This document shows, one piece after another, positions 14,825-28,620 of a stretch of 64,000 bases of DNA. The notes beneath the pieces are model-generated. The model did not search any database. It was not told the origin of the DNA and was given only the letters and a program-made list of their open reading frames with translations. The position numbers were made by a program, and so were the translations under genes. The stretch is taken from the NCBI RefSeq assembly GCF_009914755.1, contig NC_060937.1; one strand, 5' to 3'. This stretch comes from the human T2T-CHM13v2.0 reference genome, Homo sapiens. The first letter of the stretch is position 1. Every line of letters starts with the position of its first letter.

Positions 14825-14998
14825 ATTTTTTTTTTTTTTTTTTTGAGACAGGGCCTAGCTCTGTCACCCAGGCTGGAGTGTAGTGGCACTATCATGACTC
14901 ACGGCAGCCTCAAACCCAAACCCCTAGGTTTAAATAACCCAAACCCCTCAGCCTTCCAAGTAGCTGGGACTACAGTGCACATCACCATGCCCAGCTAA
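14825..14998 (-). mobile_element. Alu right-arm monomer (FRAM/AluJ fragment)
   Basis: Poly-T, then gagacagggcctagctctgtcacccaggctggagtg...gtagctgggactacag. Confidence 0.85.
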
Positions 14999-15185
14999 TG
15001 GAATATTTTACAAATTAGTTTTTAATAAGCATTCATCTATTGGAATATTGTGTTTCCTGCTTATAGAAATGGTTTGAACTCCAGTGCCATAAAGCTTGCT
15101 GCCTGCCACCATTCTAACTAGAGTTCATAAAAAAAATGTTCTGACCTTTCAACATGCCCACTACTCAATTTGTGTTTCTATTATT

Positions 15186-15513
15186 GTGTGTGTGTGTGTG
15201 TGTGTGTATTTTTGTTTGTTTGTTTGCTTTTGAGACGGAGTCTTGCTCTGTTGTCCAGGCTGGAGTGCAGTGGCTGGATTTTGGCTCACTGCAACCTGTA
15301 CCTCCTGGGTTCAAGCAATTCTCGTGCCTCAGCTTCCTGAGTAGCTGAGATTACAGGCATGTGCCACCATGCCCGGCTAATTTTTTTTGTATTTTTAGTA
15401 GAGGTGAGGTTTCGCCGCGTTGGTCAGGCTGGTCTCAAACTCCTGACCTCAAGTGATCCACCCACCACAGTCTCCCTGTGCTGGGATTACAGGTGTAAGC
15501 CACCACACCGGCC
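15186..15513 (-). mobile_element. AluS-like whose tail has become (TG)n/(TTTG)n; 15-bp TSD
   Basis: TSD TGTGTTTCTATTATT at 15171-15185 and 15514-15528. Confidence 0.93.
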
Positions 15514-16608
15514 TGTGTTTCTATTATTAATGCATTAGGTTTAGAAAGCCTGGGGAGAAAATAAGCCCACTTTATGAACTCATGGGAAAGATTTTACTTT
15601 GCGAAATATCCACTAATATCAGAAAAAATAGTCCTAAATTTAGTTTTATTAAAGATGTTTAGTATTTTTTACACTACATAGACATGATAAGCAGAAATAT
15701 TTATGTTCAAATTATTTAACAATGGCATATGCTGTTAATAATATATAATACAGATACAAATACAAAATGCAAATATAGACTACAAACATGAATACAAATG
15801 ATAATTATTAAAAATTTACTAGGAGTATCAAAGAACTCACATTGATAAGAATATTCTTATTCTTTTGCTCCTCTGTGTGTGATATTAAAAAAACACTACT
15901 ACCATATTACATCAAATGACTACTTTTCTGAGCATGTTCTGGGTATATAAAATTAAAATTGCCCATTTCTAATTTGAAAATAATGGATTTTCATTTAATT
16001 GAAGAATCCAAATTTATCTTTTTTATTTGAAATGTTGCAGTCTTTAAACATTCATGGCATATTAAATTGAATAGGAAAGTATTTTTTCTTTATGACAGTT
16101 ATTTAATCTCATAGCTACCTTAATCTTAAAAGTAATGTAGAGCAGAATAGAAAGATCTGAAGTCTACCTTTAAAACCTGGCCTCATCCTACATGAATGCA
16201 GAATCTAAATTCCGTACACATTTCTTCCTTACCATGCCAACAATGGTAACATGAAAAGTTTTGCTTTAGCTTAGGGAACACTACGGATATATGAGGTGTT
16301 CCACTGCTTATCTTCCAGAGAACTGAGAACAGTACAGAGCTGTCTAAATTATCAGTAGGGAATAAGAAAAGTCAACATGCTGAACTCATCTTGACAGACC
16401 TAATGCCTGGGCTAACAGACAGGGTGTGTGCACCTGCACACTGGGGAGTATAGCACAAAAATTCTCATCTGAATACATTGCTCTGTGGCTTTAGAGTTTT
16501 TTTTTTTTTTCTTTTTCATTGAACCATTTCATCTCTTAATAACAGTTCCTAACTCAGGTTGTCTTCAAATGTTTGACAGGTAATTGAAAGTGGAACATCC
16601 AACTGTGA

Positions 16609-16857
<249 letters not shown>

Positions 16858-18500
16858 TAAAGGGCTCATTGGAGCTTCTGGTCGTGGTGATAGCTGAAGT
16901 TGAATTTCTTAAGGTGAGTTTAGCTTCATTCTGGCTCAGTTATAAGGCAAATTCAGCACAGTTCCAAATTCTGGAGCTGAGTATGAACTAATACCCTGTG
17001 GACAGACACAAGTACTGCTATTAAACTTTCCTGTTGTCATGATTGCTGTGGAAGATCTTGCTAGAACCAGCAGGATCTGCACATGACTTATAAAATTGCT
17101 GTCTGTCTCCTCTACTTTTCTTGAACCTGCTAGATCAGGAACAGGAAGCGAAAGAGCATACATTGACTATGCAGGTAAGACTGCCTCTCTATTTGCATAA
17201 GAAGAGAAACTGTTGTGGCTCAGAATTACCAGGAAATGTCTTTGTAAAGTAAATAATTTATACACAGATTCCTGATAGTAGAATCCGAAAATATTACTCA
17301 AATGACAGCATGGAGAATTTATTTACTGCGGTTCTATCGTCATTTGTATGTTACTTTCCCAGCACTGATAACAGTTTAGGCACCTTGTAACATCAAAATC
17401 AATCTCTTTCTCTTTCTCTTTCTTTTTCTCTCCCACTCTCTGATTTTGTTATATTCTACACAGAGCACAGAGTAATTCAATCAGAATGTCTATAAAGAAA
17501 TCTGATTATGCATATACCAGCTATCCCTTTTTGATAACACTTGTTTTTTTTCTAGTCTACTGAGGAACTGATTAAGTAATTTTCATGTAAATGTGAAGTC
17601 TGAGATTTCCTTACAAGTAATAAATTGTCAAATGCTAATTAGCCTATGAAAATGCAATGTAGCATCTTAATGCTTAGAAAAATTGCCTGCCACTGTAAAT
17701 ACACTTAAAATTAAGTACTTCTGTTAAAATTAATGAAATCATGTCATTGGCATAAAGTGGTGAGAGCTGATTACTTTGGTCTCTGTTATCACCCTGTTAC
17801 TTTTGTAAAGTGTGTATTTTTATAACATTTTTTTATCTTTTTTCCCAGTATTGTGTTGATTTTTTTTTGTCTTAATTATAGAAGCCTGGAAGACCATTGC
17901 CTAAATTCTTTTGTCTTTCTTTACCCGTTTGTGCCTTTAAAGTGACATTTCATCTAAATATGCATTTAATCTGGTTCTCTCCACCCCGGTGGTAAGCACC
18001 CTCAGCAAAGCCATTACCTTCCCTTCTCTAACAACCTCCTAACTTTCTAGGGGAGGCTTCATCATTCTTTTTCAATCCAATCTCACAATGAACTAGAGTA
18101 AGTTTTATAAAGCACAAATGTAATCTCAAAACTCCCAGTCTTGAATCTTCTCTACGGCCCACCACTTTTCATGGAACAAAGAGCGCAACCCTTCTTCCAG
18201 AGGCTAGAATCCTCATGATATGCCCTGAACAGTCACTGAGGACTCTTCCTCACTTATATCTAAATTACCTGATTATTGCCTGCCTTCCTGCATCAAGGAC
18301 TTTCCTTAGACTGTTTTTTTGTTTGTTTGTTTCTCCTAGAGTTATCTTTCTGCTCCACAAAATAGTTAGCTTTATAAACTCCCACTCAAATAATCCCACT
18401 CTTTAAGTAAACCTTCCCAGAGCTTCTAGATTACATCATCATGGACTATCTGCCTTTAGAGAATTTATCACAGTTGGTTATTCTGTAACTCATTGGTAGT

Positions 18501-18975
18501 TTGTTAACATCTGGTTCCTGGGCTGCTCAAAAGCCAAACACCAGAGACAAGGTTGATGGGAGGAAAAGCAGGTTTATTTGGAAAGCCAGCAAAACTGAAA
18601 AGATGGTACACTAGTGTTCTAACGTACCTTCTCCAATTTTTCAGGCTGGCCAGAGGGTGTTTATGGGAGGGACATATGCAGAAGAGGAGGGTGTTGGTAT
18701 CAAATGGTGAATAAGGACTATAGACATCTGGGGACCAGGGAGGGTCTAAGGACTTGGGAACTTTGTCCTTGTCAGGCTACAACTTTCCTAGAAATCTTTG
18801 ACAAAACATAGTTGTTTATGCACTTCTCCTTTAATCCCAGAGTAAAAACTACACAATTGCTATTTTTGCATTATTATCTCAGTGCTTTAAGATGATCCTA
18901 GCCCATGTGCAAGAATAGGTAAAGCAGCTTAACAAAATGGAGTTCGTTATGTGAGTTTTTCTGCTGTTTCCCTCT
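18501..18975 (-). mobile_element. ERV1-class LTR relic (MER31/MER34/MER67-like group, subfamily uncertain)
   Basis: gctgctcaaaagccaaacaccagagacaagg...aaaagcaggtttattt...agatggtacactagtgttct; ends aaaatggagttcgttatgt, typical of antisense MER4-group LTRs. Confidence 0.5.
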
Positions 18976-19594
18976 TAAACAGCAAATACTTCCTATGTTT
19001 TTATCAAACTCCTGCCTCTAGCTCCTCCACACAGTGGACTATCTTCTTAAATAATTTTTTTCTAGTCAGTTTCTCTCTCTTTCTTGATCACCTGAACTAT
19101 TAATACTACTCTCTGCTTTCCGAATGTTCATATAACATAAATTTGCCACTGTGCGAGGCACGGGTTTCTTCTGCTCAATTCCTAAAATACAGAAAAGCTC
19201 AATCGATTAGGATCAATTTTGTAATAGGAATGCTTTACATTATGGTGTCTGAAATCCCCTCTAATGGGTAGACAAGCAATTTAAACATTATGGATTAAAT
19301 GACAATATGTGCTTCCCAATGTGTTGTCTGTGGACTAGTAGATATATGAATATTTTATGACCAGTGTGTAGTGAAAATAAGTGTTTTTACAGAAACTCTT
19401 CCAGCAGTTTGTTGGTTTAATCCCTATCTGTTGGAGTTAATAAGAATCAGAGTTTGAACTTCGTATGTCTTTTAATCACATTTTTTAGTAATTCTTTTTA
19501 TTATGTTTTACAAAGGTATCAGTCCATGATTAATTGGGACTAAAAACAAGTGATCCTTCCCCACAAATAGAAAATCACTAGTTTAACAGAAATC

Positions 19595-20531
19595 TCAAAA
19601 TTCAAATACCCGAATTTGGTCATTTGAGCTCTTCCAACCTGCACGTCTCATGGCCTTTCCTCCCTGGCTCATGGCAGCCCCACTCTTGTCACTTCTTGGG
19701 CCAATGCATTTGGTGAGACTGTTGATGCTGGTTTTCCTTCCACACCCCACATCTGATTTCCCTGCAAATGTCACCGGCCCTACCTTCAAGTTATACACAG
19801 AAGGCCACCCCCACTGCTGCCTCCAGGTACATATCTTCCTACAGCAATTGCATTTTGCACTTGCATTTTATCCTGCAAATAAGTGTCTGGGCTTCTCTTG
19901 ACCTCCCCTCTGTCTATTCTCAACACAAAAATTCAGAGTAACAGTGTTAGAATGCACATTGCATTATGACACTTCTCTGCTAAAAAGATGCCCAATTCAC
20001 TCAGTAAAGCCAGAGTCTGAGGAAAGGCTCATAAAGCCGCAACGCTTTCCCCCTACCTTTTGAATTTCTGACGTCAGATGCTGGCACCCTACCCTGGGTG
20101 CCTCTACCCTGGCCACATTGCTGGCCTTGGTGTCTCATGAGTATGGGCAGCACTTCGGTGCAGGGCTTTGCCTGAGTAATTTGACCACCATATGCCCATT
20201 CCTCCCTCCCTTCAGGTCTTCATATCAATGTCATTGCTTCTGGAGGCCAGCCCCCAGTCTATTTGAAATCGCAAAATGCACTTCCTATCCTTCTGCCTTC
20301 ATATGTTTTCCTCCACAAACTTACCACTCTCTAACATACTGTATATTTTTCTTATTTAGATTCTTATAAATACCATGTGCTGATTCTCCCTACAAACACA
20401 GACTGTCTGTCTCTCTCTTTCTATCATGCCCATACCCACTAGAATGCAAGTTCTATAAGGAAAATAATTCTTGTTTTGTTCACTGCTATGTATGACCCAT
20501 AATAGGTTCCCAATAAATATTGAATAAATAA
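19595..20531 (+). mobile_element. L2 3' region
   Basis: ccctaccttcaa..., cactagaatgcaagttctataagg...ttttgttcactgctat...aataaatattgaataaat L2 terminus. Confidence 0.7.
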
Positions 20532-21231
20532 GTAGACTTCCTCAACCAAAACCCTAATTTTAGACGAGAGAAAGAAGTTAATATTTACTCATCCATACCA
20601 AATAACTGAGGGTTGAGCAATGATTTGTTTTCAGAGCCAAGATAAAATATTTTAGCTGACTTAATCATTTGACCAGGATTTTCATCTCTTTTTGCTACAG
20701 TCCGATTTTTTTTATAGTATGATCTTTCAAAACAGATTGTAAATTGCCTTTTTACTAAGTATATAACCTTCTATTTGGACGTTAGATTAGGGAGTTTCCA
20801 CAGTCTGCAGTATTAGGGAGTTCTCCAACCTTCAAACAGAAAATGAAATGCGTGTGATGAGACACATGCTCGCCAGGAAATGCACAGAATACAAGCGTTG
20901 CATTCTCTGAATACTTACTGCCAGCAGCCCCAGAGAGAACAGAATATGCAGTCAAATTCCTTTATGGACAGCAAAGAAGTTTGCTGGAAGTATTTATTTT
21001 ACAAGCACATTAGTGGGACTTGAGACTCATAAAAAAAACCCCACAAAGTAAACACAAGACCTCCTGTAACATCTGGTTAGCCAAGAGAATTCTGAAACAA
21101 ATATATTGTAATTGGATAAAAGCAAACCAGAGCAATAAAGCATCGCATGACAGCTCCTAGTACACAGCCTCACTCATTTCAGCCACTTAACATGCCACTC
21201 CGGGTGACCCAGGTTAATGTAGCAGAGCCTC

Positions 21232-22097
21232 TTTTTTTTTTTAACTTTTATTTTAGGTTTGGGTTGTAAAGGTTTGTTATACAGGTAAACACGTGTCATA
21301 GAGGTTTGTTGTACAGATTATTTTATAACCCAGGTATTAAGTCCAGTACCCAATAGTTATATTTTCTGCTCCTCTCCCCCATTCCAGCCTCCTTGGCCAA
21401 GTAGGCCCTGGTGACTACCGTTTCCTTCTTTGCATTCATAAGTTCCTATCATTTACCTCCCATTTATAAGGAGAACATGAGTTTGGTTTTCTGTTCCTGT
21501 GTTAGTTTGCTAAGGATAATAGCCTCCAGCTCCATCCATGTTTCCATAAAAGACATGATCTTGTTCTTTTTTATGGCTGCATAGTCCTCTATGATGCACA
21601 TGTACCATTCTTTCTTTATCCAATCTGTCATTTATGGGCATTGAAATTGATTCTATGTCTTTGCTATTGTGAATAGTGCTGCCATGAACATTCGTGTGCA
21701 TGTATGTTTATGGTAGAGTGATTTATAATTCTTTGGGTATATACCCGGTAATGGGATTGCTGGGTTGAATAGTAATTCTGCTTTTAGCTCTTTGAGGTAT
21801 CACAGTACTGCTTTCCAGAATGTTTGAACTAATTTACACTCCCAACAACAGTGTACTGCTGCACATCTGTGACCATCTGTTCTTGGACAGAGCTGATAAA
21901 AACAAGCAATGAGGAAAAGATTCCCTCTTCAATAAATGGTGCTGGGACAACCGGCTAACCATAAGCAGAAGAGTGAAGCTAGACCCCTTCCTTGCCCCAT
22001 ATACAAAAATTAACTCAAGATGGATTGAAGACATAAATGTAAAACCCAAAACTATAAAAACCCAGGAAGACAACCTAGGCAGTACCATTCTGGACAT
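21232..22097 (-). mobile_element. Old L1PA (PA13-16-like) 3' end with 5' inversion: 21232-21855 on minus, 21856-22097 on plus
   Basis: L1 3'UTR on minus switches abruptly to plus-strand ORF2 ([17 protein letters not shown]; ORF 21973). Confidence 0.85.
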
Positions 22098-23289
22098 CTT
22101 TCTTAATCAACAGATTTCTAAATTCACTCACAATCTGCTTTCTAGCTCAATTTTTCTTCTCTGGAATTTAACAGGAGTTTTCAGATACTACATTAGTAAG
22201 GTCCTTGCAGATGTATTATTTCACTTTTATTTATTTTCTTATTTACTTGGGTATAGAATACTGAGCAATCATTTTTTCCCATAAATGTTGTATTAAATAA
22301 CGACAAACAAACAAGGTAATATACAACTCATTAATATATGGCTTAATGAACTTTTACTTCATGAACACACCCACGTAACCTGCAGCTTCATAATGTAATA
22401 GAAGAGAGAAGTCCTCTCCCAATCCACACTTAGTCATTACAAAATATTCTGACATTTACAGCTATAGATTGGTTTTGTCTGTGTTTTTTAACTTTATATA
22501 AATGCAATCTGTTTTGTAGTATTCCTCTCATTATTATGTTTCTAATATTCAGCTATACTGTTGCTTGTAAAAGCATTTACTAATTTTTGTTTATGTACAA
22601 TAAACTACTATATGAGTATATTCTAATTTATCCACTCTATACTTGAGGAAACTTTGAGTTGTTTCCACTTTTTTAGTAATTACGAATAATATAAACAGTT
22701 TTGCACCTTTTTATTTTTTGGCCCACATAAGTACTTCTATGGGGTCTTTACCTAGGAGTGGAATGCCAGCATCATAAAATATGTTCAGCTTTGGTAGATA
22801 CAACCCAATTGCTTTTGACATAAATGGTGTTTTTGTTTCACTAAGAGTTTTTCAAATTCCAGCTATTCTGGCAGTTGTAGAGTGGTAGCTTATTGTGTTT
22901 CTAATTTCTATTTCTCTGATTTAACAAATGAAAATATTAATATGTGTTTGTTGTTCATTTGATTATCTTCTTTTGTGAACTGCCTGTTCAGTTATAGTGC
23001 CATTAAAATTGGGTTTTCTTTCTTCTTCTTGATATATAGGAGTTTTTATGTATTCACGATATTCTTTTTGTTGTGAAACATACATATTGCATTTTCTTCC
23101 AGTTTATGGCTTGTATTGTACTCTTCAAATAGCGTATTTAAAAGAAGCAAAGTGTACAATTTTACAGATTCTTTAGGGTTCATACTTTTTGTGACCTGTT
23201 TAAGAAAGCTTGGCATTAGTTATGAAAATGTTTTCCTACATTTTCTTTATAACATTTTATTATTTTAGCATTTACAGTTAAGATATTTT

Positions 23290-23634
23290 GGTGCTGATCA
23301 TAATCCTGAAAGACACAATCCCCAATGCCATAATTTAGAATGTTGAAATCTCAAAAGATCGAAATCCTCAAAAATCAAAATCCCCAAAGTCTGAAATGCC
23401 AAACATCTATAATCCTGCAAATCACAATCCTGAAAGAATAAAATTCTGAATGTTAAAATCCTGAAAGCTGAATTCTAGGGAAAGGATTATTGTGGTTTTG
23501 GTTGTATGCAGAAGAGTTGCATCATGATTTTGACTTGCAGGATTTTGGACTTTAGGTATTTCACTCTCTTGGGATTTCAGCATCCAGGATTATGTTGTTT
23601 AGGGTGGTGTCTTTTGGGATTATGGCCCAAACCC
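23290..23634. mobile_element. Internally deleted Ricksha (MULE-MuDR) DNA transposon relic
   Basis: Imperfect TIRs of about 70 bp (gatcataatcctgaaagacacaatcc... / ...ggtgtcttttgggattatggcccaaaccc) and subterminal AATCC repeats. Confidence 0.8.
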
Positions 23635-25731
23635 AAGGCTACCATATTACCCATGTGGAAAAGATTTCACAATTGTGAAGGAGGAGGATCCAGATTAAAA
23701 CTGTTCCCACATGTGTCTCCCTGCTGCATGATCACAGCACCTTTGTCCTAAACAGGTGACCCCAGGGAGTGGGTGCATTTCTAGGATCTGTTTTCTTTTG
23801 TATTGGTCCGTGTGTTCCTAAACAAATCACCAAATATCTTGATCATTACAGCTATATAGTCAATCCTGACAAATAGAAAGTCCCCTAAGTTTGTTCTTAA
23901 ACATGTGTTAGCTAATCATGACCTTTGGTTCATGTATACTTTAAAGTTAATTTAACAATTTCAATTGGATTTGTATTGGTATTGCATTGAATATATAGAT
24001 TAAGTGGAAATAATTGAGAGTTTTACAATATTTGATTTTTCATTTCACAAAATGTTATAGCCCTTTTATTGACCATCTTTAATTTCTCTGGAGCAATTTT
24101 GATTTTTTGGTATAGAAGTCTTTCCCATATTATTAAATTTGCTTATTGGCGTTCTTCATATTTTGAGGACATAATAAATGTTTGCTTGTTTGTTTTATGG
24201 AAAATAAGAAGAAAAAATTATTTTCTAATTGTTCACGGGTAATATATAGAGAATACAATTTTGATTTTTTCATATTCATTTTTTATCCATCAAACTTGCT
24301 AAAGTTATATGTCAGTATTAATTTACATAAACAGTCCATTGGTTTTCTGCATCAATGCCATATAGTCTGCAAATGATGACTTTTATTTCTTTTTTTGAAA
24401 AAGTCATACCTTTTTTTCTTGTATTACTTCATGAGATAGAACTTCACTAAAAAGACTGGAAGTGTCGATAATAAGTGCCCTATCCATTGCCAATCCCAGA
24501 AAAAAGCTTTGAGTGTTTCATCATGAAGAAATTTGTGGTAGCTATGCCATAGGTATCATTACTTTTCATTAGATTAAGGAAGTCCCATTATATTCATGAT
24601 TTTCAAAGTTATTTTTTAATCAATAATGAGCATTGGATATTATTAAATGCTTTATCTCTGTTTATGCAGATGATCATATGTCTTTTTAAGTTTTTTAAAA
24701 TATTATTAGTTACAATTATTGATCTTCAATTAGAAACCAACCTTGCATTTCTAGAATAAAGCTATTTGAGGTGTATTATCATTATTACTAAATTGCTGGA
24801 TTCAATTTGTTAATATTTTGCTTAGGATTTTTACATGTATTTTAATGAGAGAGTTCAGCCTGTAATTTTCCTTTATTGCAATATTCCTATTAGAGTCTAA
24901 TGTCAATTTTGTGTGTTGTTCTTAAAATGGGAAGTGTTCCTTTTTCTGTTATCTTCTGAAATAATCTGTAGAATGTTTGTTTATTTTGTACATCAATGTT
25001 GGGAAGAATTCACCAGTGAAGCCTAAGTTTTCTTTGTGGAAAACTATTTTAGACATAGATTCAGCTCACTTTATAGGGAAATAACTAATTAGAATTTCTG
25101 TTTCTTATTGTGTTAGCTTTGGTATGATGTATTTTCCTAGGATTGTTGTCTACTTGACCTTAATTTCTAAATTTAGTGGCTACACTATGGTTCATAATAC
25201 CATCTTCATCTGTTTTTACATCCATACAATCTGTCTTGATGTCATATTACTGATTGCTATTGGTAGTTGGTGCATTTCCTCTTGTTTTCTGAATGAGTTT
25301 TGCTGGGGTAAATTGTACATTTTTCAAAGGATCACCTTTTGGCTTTTTTCACCCTATTCCATTGATTTCTGCTTTGATATTATTTCATTCATTTTACTCA
25401 TTTATTTCTTTATAATTGATGTAATTTTTTAAACTCCTTGAAGTTGATACTTAGATCATTAATTATCACTCCTTTTTTCCTTTTCTAACAAGTATTCTAG
25501 GCTATAATTTTTATCTTAAGTAGACCTTTAGTTGCATCCCACAAGTTATGATATAATAGAAATAGTCTTATTTGCATTTTAATTCCTTTTTAACTCATTA
25601 GTTATTTGCAGATATATTGTAAAATTTCAAAATGTTTGGTGATTTTCTAGGTACCTACTAGTGACTTCAGTATCTTTTTAATTAAAATAACCTATTTTAA
25701 AATTGTATATTTTTAAGGGATACAACATGAG

Positions 25732-26057
25732 TTTTGTTTGGATTTTTGTTTTTGTTTTTGTGTTTTTGAGACAGGATCTCACTCTTTCACCCAGGCTGGA
25801 ATACATTGGTGAGATATCAGCTTACTGCAGCCTCAACCTTCCAGGATCAAGTGATCCTCCTGCCTCAGCTTCCTGAGTAGCTGGGATGACAGGCATGCAC
25901 CACCATGCCCAGATAATTAAAAAAAAAAATTGTAGAGATAGCATCTCACCATGTTACCCAGGCTAATCTTGAACTCCAGGGCTCAAACAATCCTCCTATC
26001 CTCCTGCCTCATCCTCCCAAAGTGCTGGGATTATAGGCCTGAGCCACTGCACCTGCC
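25732..26057 (-). mobile_element. AluJ-like inside an L1MA-type 3' end
   Basis: Full dimer; flanks resume L1MA 3'UTR (gatacaacatga...catgatgccttgatgtacatac...ccatcacctcacatagtta). Confidence 0.88.
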
Positions 26058-27334
26058 CATGATGCCTTGATGTACATACACTTAGTGAAATGAGTTCTAC
26101 AGTGCAGCACATTAACATATCCATCACCTCACATAGTTATCTTTTTCTTTTGTAGTAAGAGCACCAAAACTCTACTCTCTTAGCTAATTTTTAACACCAG
26201 TATAATATTCTTTTTTTTAAAAAAAGGGAAAGCATTTATTCGGATTTAGTTTTCTGGTGGGTGACATTAAGGCCCTTCACACAGAGTTCAGAAGACAATA
26301 TTCTATCCTAATTCTACCGTAATAGAACATACTCTGTGTGACTCAAATCTTTTAAGTTTAATGAAACAAGCCAGTGTTCAACTTGTCAGTAACAGTGTTT
26401 TATATAAATAAATTGATCAATGTGGTAATTACTACTTTAAAATTTTGTCTGCTTGTTCCATGAATTACTAAGAAAAATGGTTAAAATGTTCCACTATAAT
26501 TGTGAACTCATATTTTTCTCCTTATATGTTATTTCTTTATATATGTGATGCTAGATTTTAGTCTTCTAGAAATTTAGAAATGTTGTTTCTTCCTGATTGA
26601 TTTATCATTTTACTCTGAAATGTTTCTTTTTATTTCTGGTACTGCTTCCAAAAGCACATTTTCTATAAATTAATTATTTCCATAGTCACCTTCTTTGCTG
26701 TTATTATTGTTTGCATGCATACCTTGCTTCATCCTTTTCCCTTTTTTTTTAGTCTATATGTTTAGGATGTTTCTCTTTAAAGTAGTCATCTTTCATATTT
26801 TAATACAATTTATAATCTTTGTATTTTAATTGGAGTATTTGGTACCTTTACAACTGATGTTGTTGCTGGTGTTTGGGTTTAAATCTATCATTTTATTATT
26901 TTTATTTGTTCCATCTGTACTTTGTGCCTTTGTATCTCATTGTCACTTTTTAATTGAAACAAAGTATTTTATTTGATTATTGTGCTTTACTAACTTCTCA
27001 CTTATGCAGTTTATTATTCTGTAGCAGAATAACAGAATTTGTTACTCCATTGACTTTTTCGTAGGCATTTTGTCATATGTTTTAAGTCTATATTTTTTCA
27101 TTGTTTCATTCTCACAGAATCTTTTAAGAAAAGAAATTCTTAGAATTTAACTATTTCATTTCTCTTATGTTCAGTGAAATAAAGCCTGTTTTATTTAATT
27201 TGAATTATTTAATTCATTTAATATTTTAAATTCCAAACTTTAAAAAAATTGCAAAATATTAAAAAATAGCAAAATACTAAAGTAGATTTTTTCTTATTAT
27301 TTATATTTCATACACTGGTTTTTAAATTGTATGA

Positions 27335-27478
<144 letters not shown>

Positions 27479-28282
27479 TAAATATCATTGAATAATGTAG
27501 AGTAATACTTTCTAGTCATACATGTTTGTATCAAATGACTAAAAAAAACAGGCAAACTTCTAAAAAACATTTTTAAATTCTGAATTGAATGATTGTGTAG
27601 CAGTGACTTTAATTCATTTTGAGCAACCTTGAAAATCGAAGTTATTTTATCAAAATGTTTCTTTGCACTTAAAATGTGTAATTTGTTTATGACTATAGCC
27701 ATTAGACAGACTTCTAAAATTAAATAATATGTAAGTATATTTTCCATACATTTTTCACTAACTCAAGATCATTTGGCTTAGAGCCCTTATTTGGACACGT
27801 GACTTATTTCTGAAGAGTTCTATAATGTTAAAGCAATGGGAATAAAAAAGGGTAATATTGCATGTTTACGTTTTCCCAAATGACTTGCCAAGTGTAATTA
27901 TGAGGCCCTAAAAATTAAAAGAGAAATTACTTGTAGAAAATTATTCCAGTCAATTGAAAATGCAGTATGATTTTTGAGTAGAAATGGGTCAAAAATACTA
28001 TATCATAGGAGCTATTTTTTGTGTAACAACAAGGCTGGTTCCGCTAATACAGAACAGGAGGCTGCCTGAAACCAGGAGGCAGGGAGTGGGTATATGTTCC
28101 TGAAGCCGGGGCTCACTCATAAGATGTGGCGGGCAGGGAGGAGGACAGAGAGAGGAGAGAAAAAAAGAGAAATTCCTCCAACTTCCTAGGAAATCAAATA
28201 TGTATTTTCACAGAAATAGTTCATGAGAACAAGAGAGCATCCACCACCCCACCCTCCACCCATCTTATCAAAAGTCAATTCT

Positions 28283-28402
28283 GGCTGGACTCGGTGGTTC
28301 ATGCCTGTAATTCTAGCACTTTGGAGGACCAAGGCTGGTGGATCACTTGAGGCCAGGAGTTTGAGACCATCCTGGGCAACATAATGAGAGACCCATCTCT
28401 GC

Positions 28403-28434
<32 letters not shown>

Positions 28435-28620
28435 CAATTAGCCAGCTGTGGTGGTGTGTGCCTGTGGTTACAGCTACTCAGGAGGCTGAGGCAGGAGGAT
28501 CACTTGGGCCCAAGAAGTTGAAGCTACAGGGAGCTGTGATTGTATTACTGCACTCCAGCCTGGGAGACAGATTGAGATCCCGTCTCTAAATAGAATAAAG
28601 TAAAATTAAATTAAATTAAA
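28283..28620 (+). mobile_element. AluJ-like with (AAAAC)n middle tract
   Basis: Full dimer; AAAAGTCA on both flanks. Confidence 0.9.

Larger units (their letters stand above)
22230..27000 (-). mobile_element. Fragmented ancient L1M(E)-type element(s), interrupted by Ricksha, an Alu and an L1MA end
   Basis: Antisense L1 motifs such as aaccaaccttgcatttctagaataaa, gaagaattcaccagtgaagcc, cttttgtgaactgcctgttca; boundaries approximate. Confidence 0.6.
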
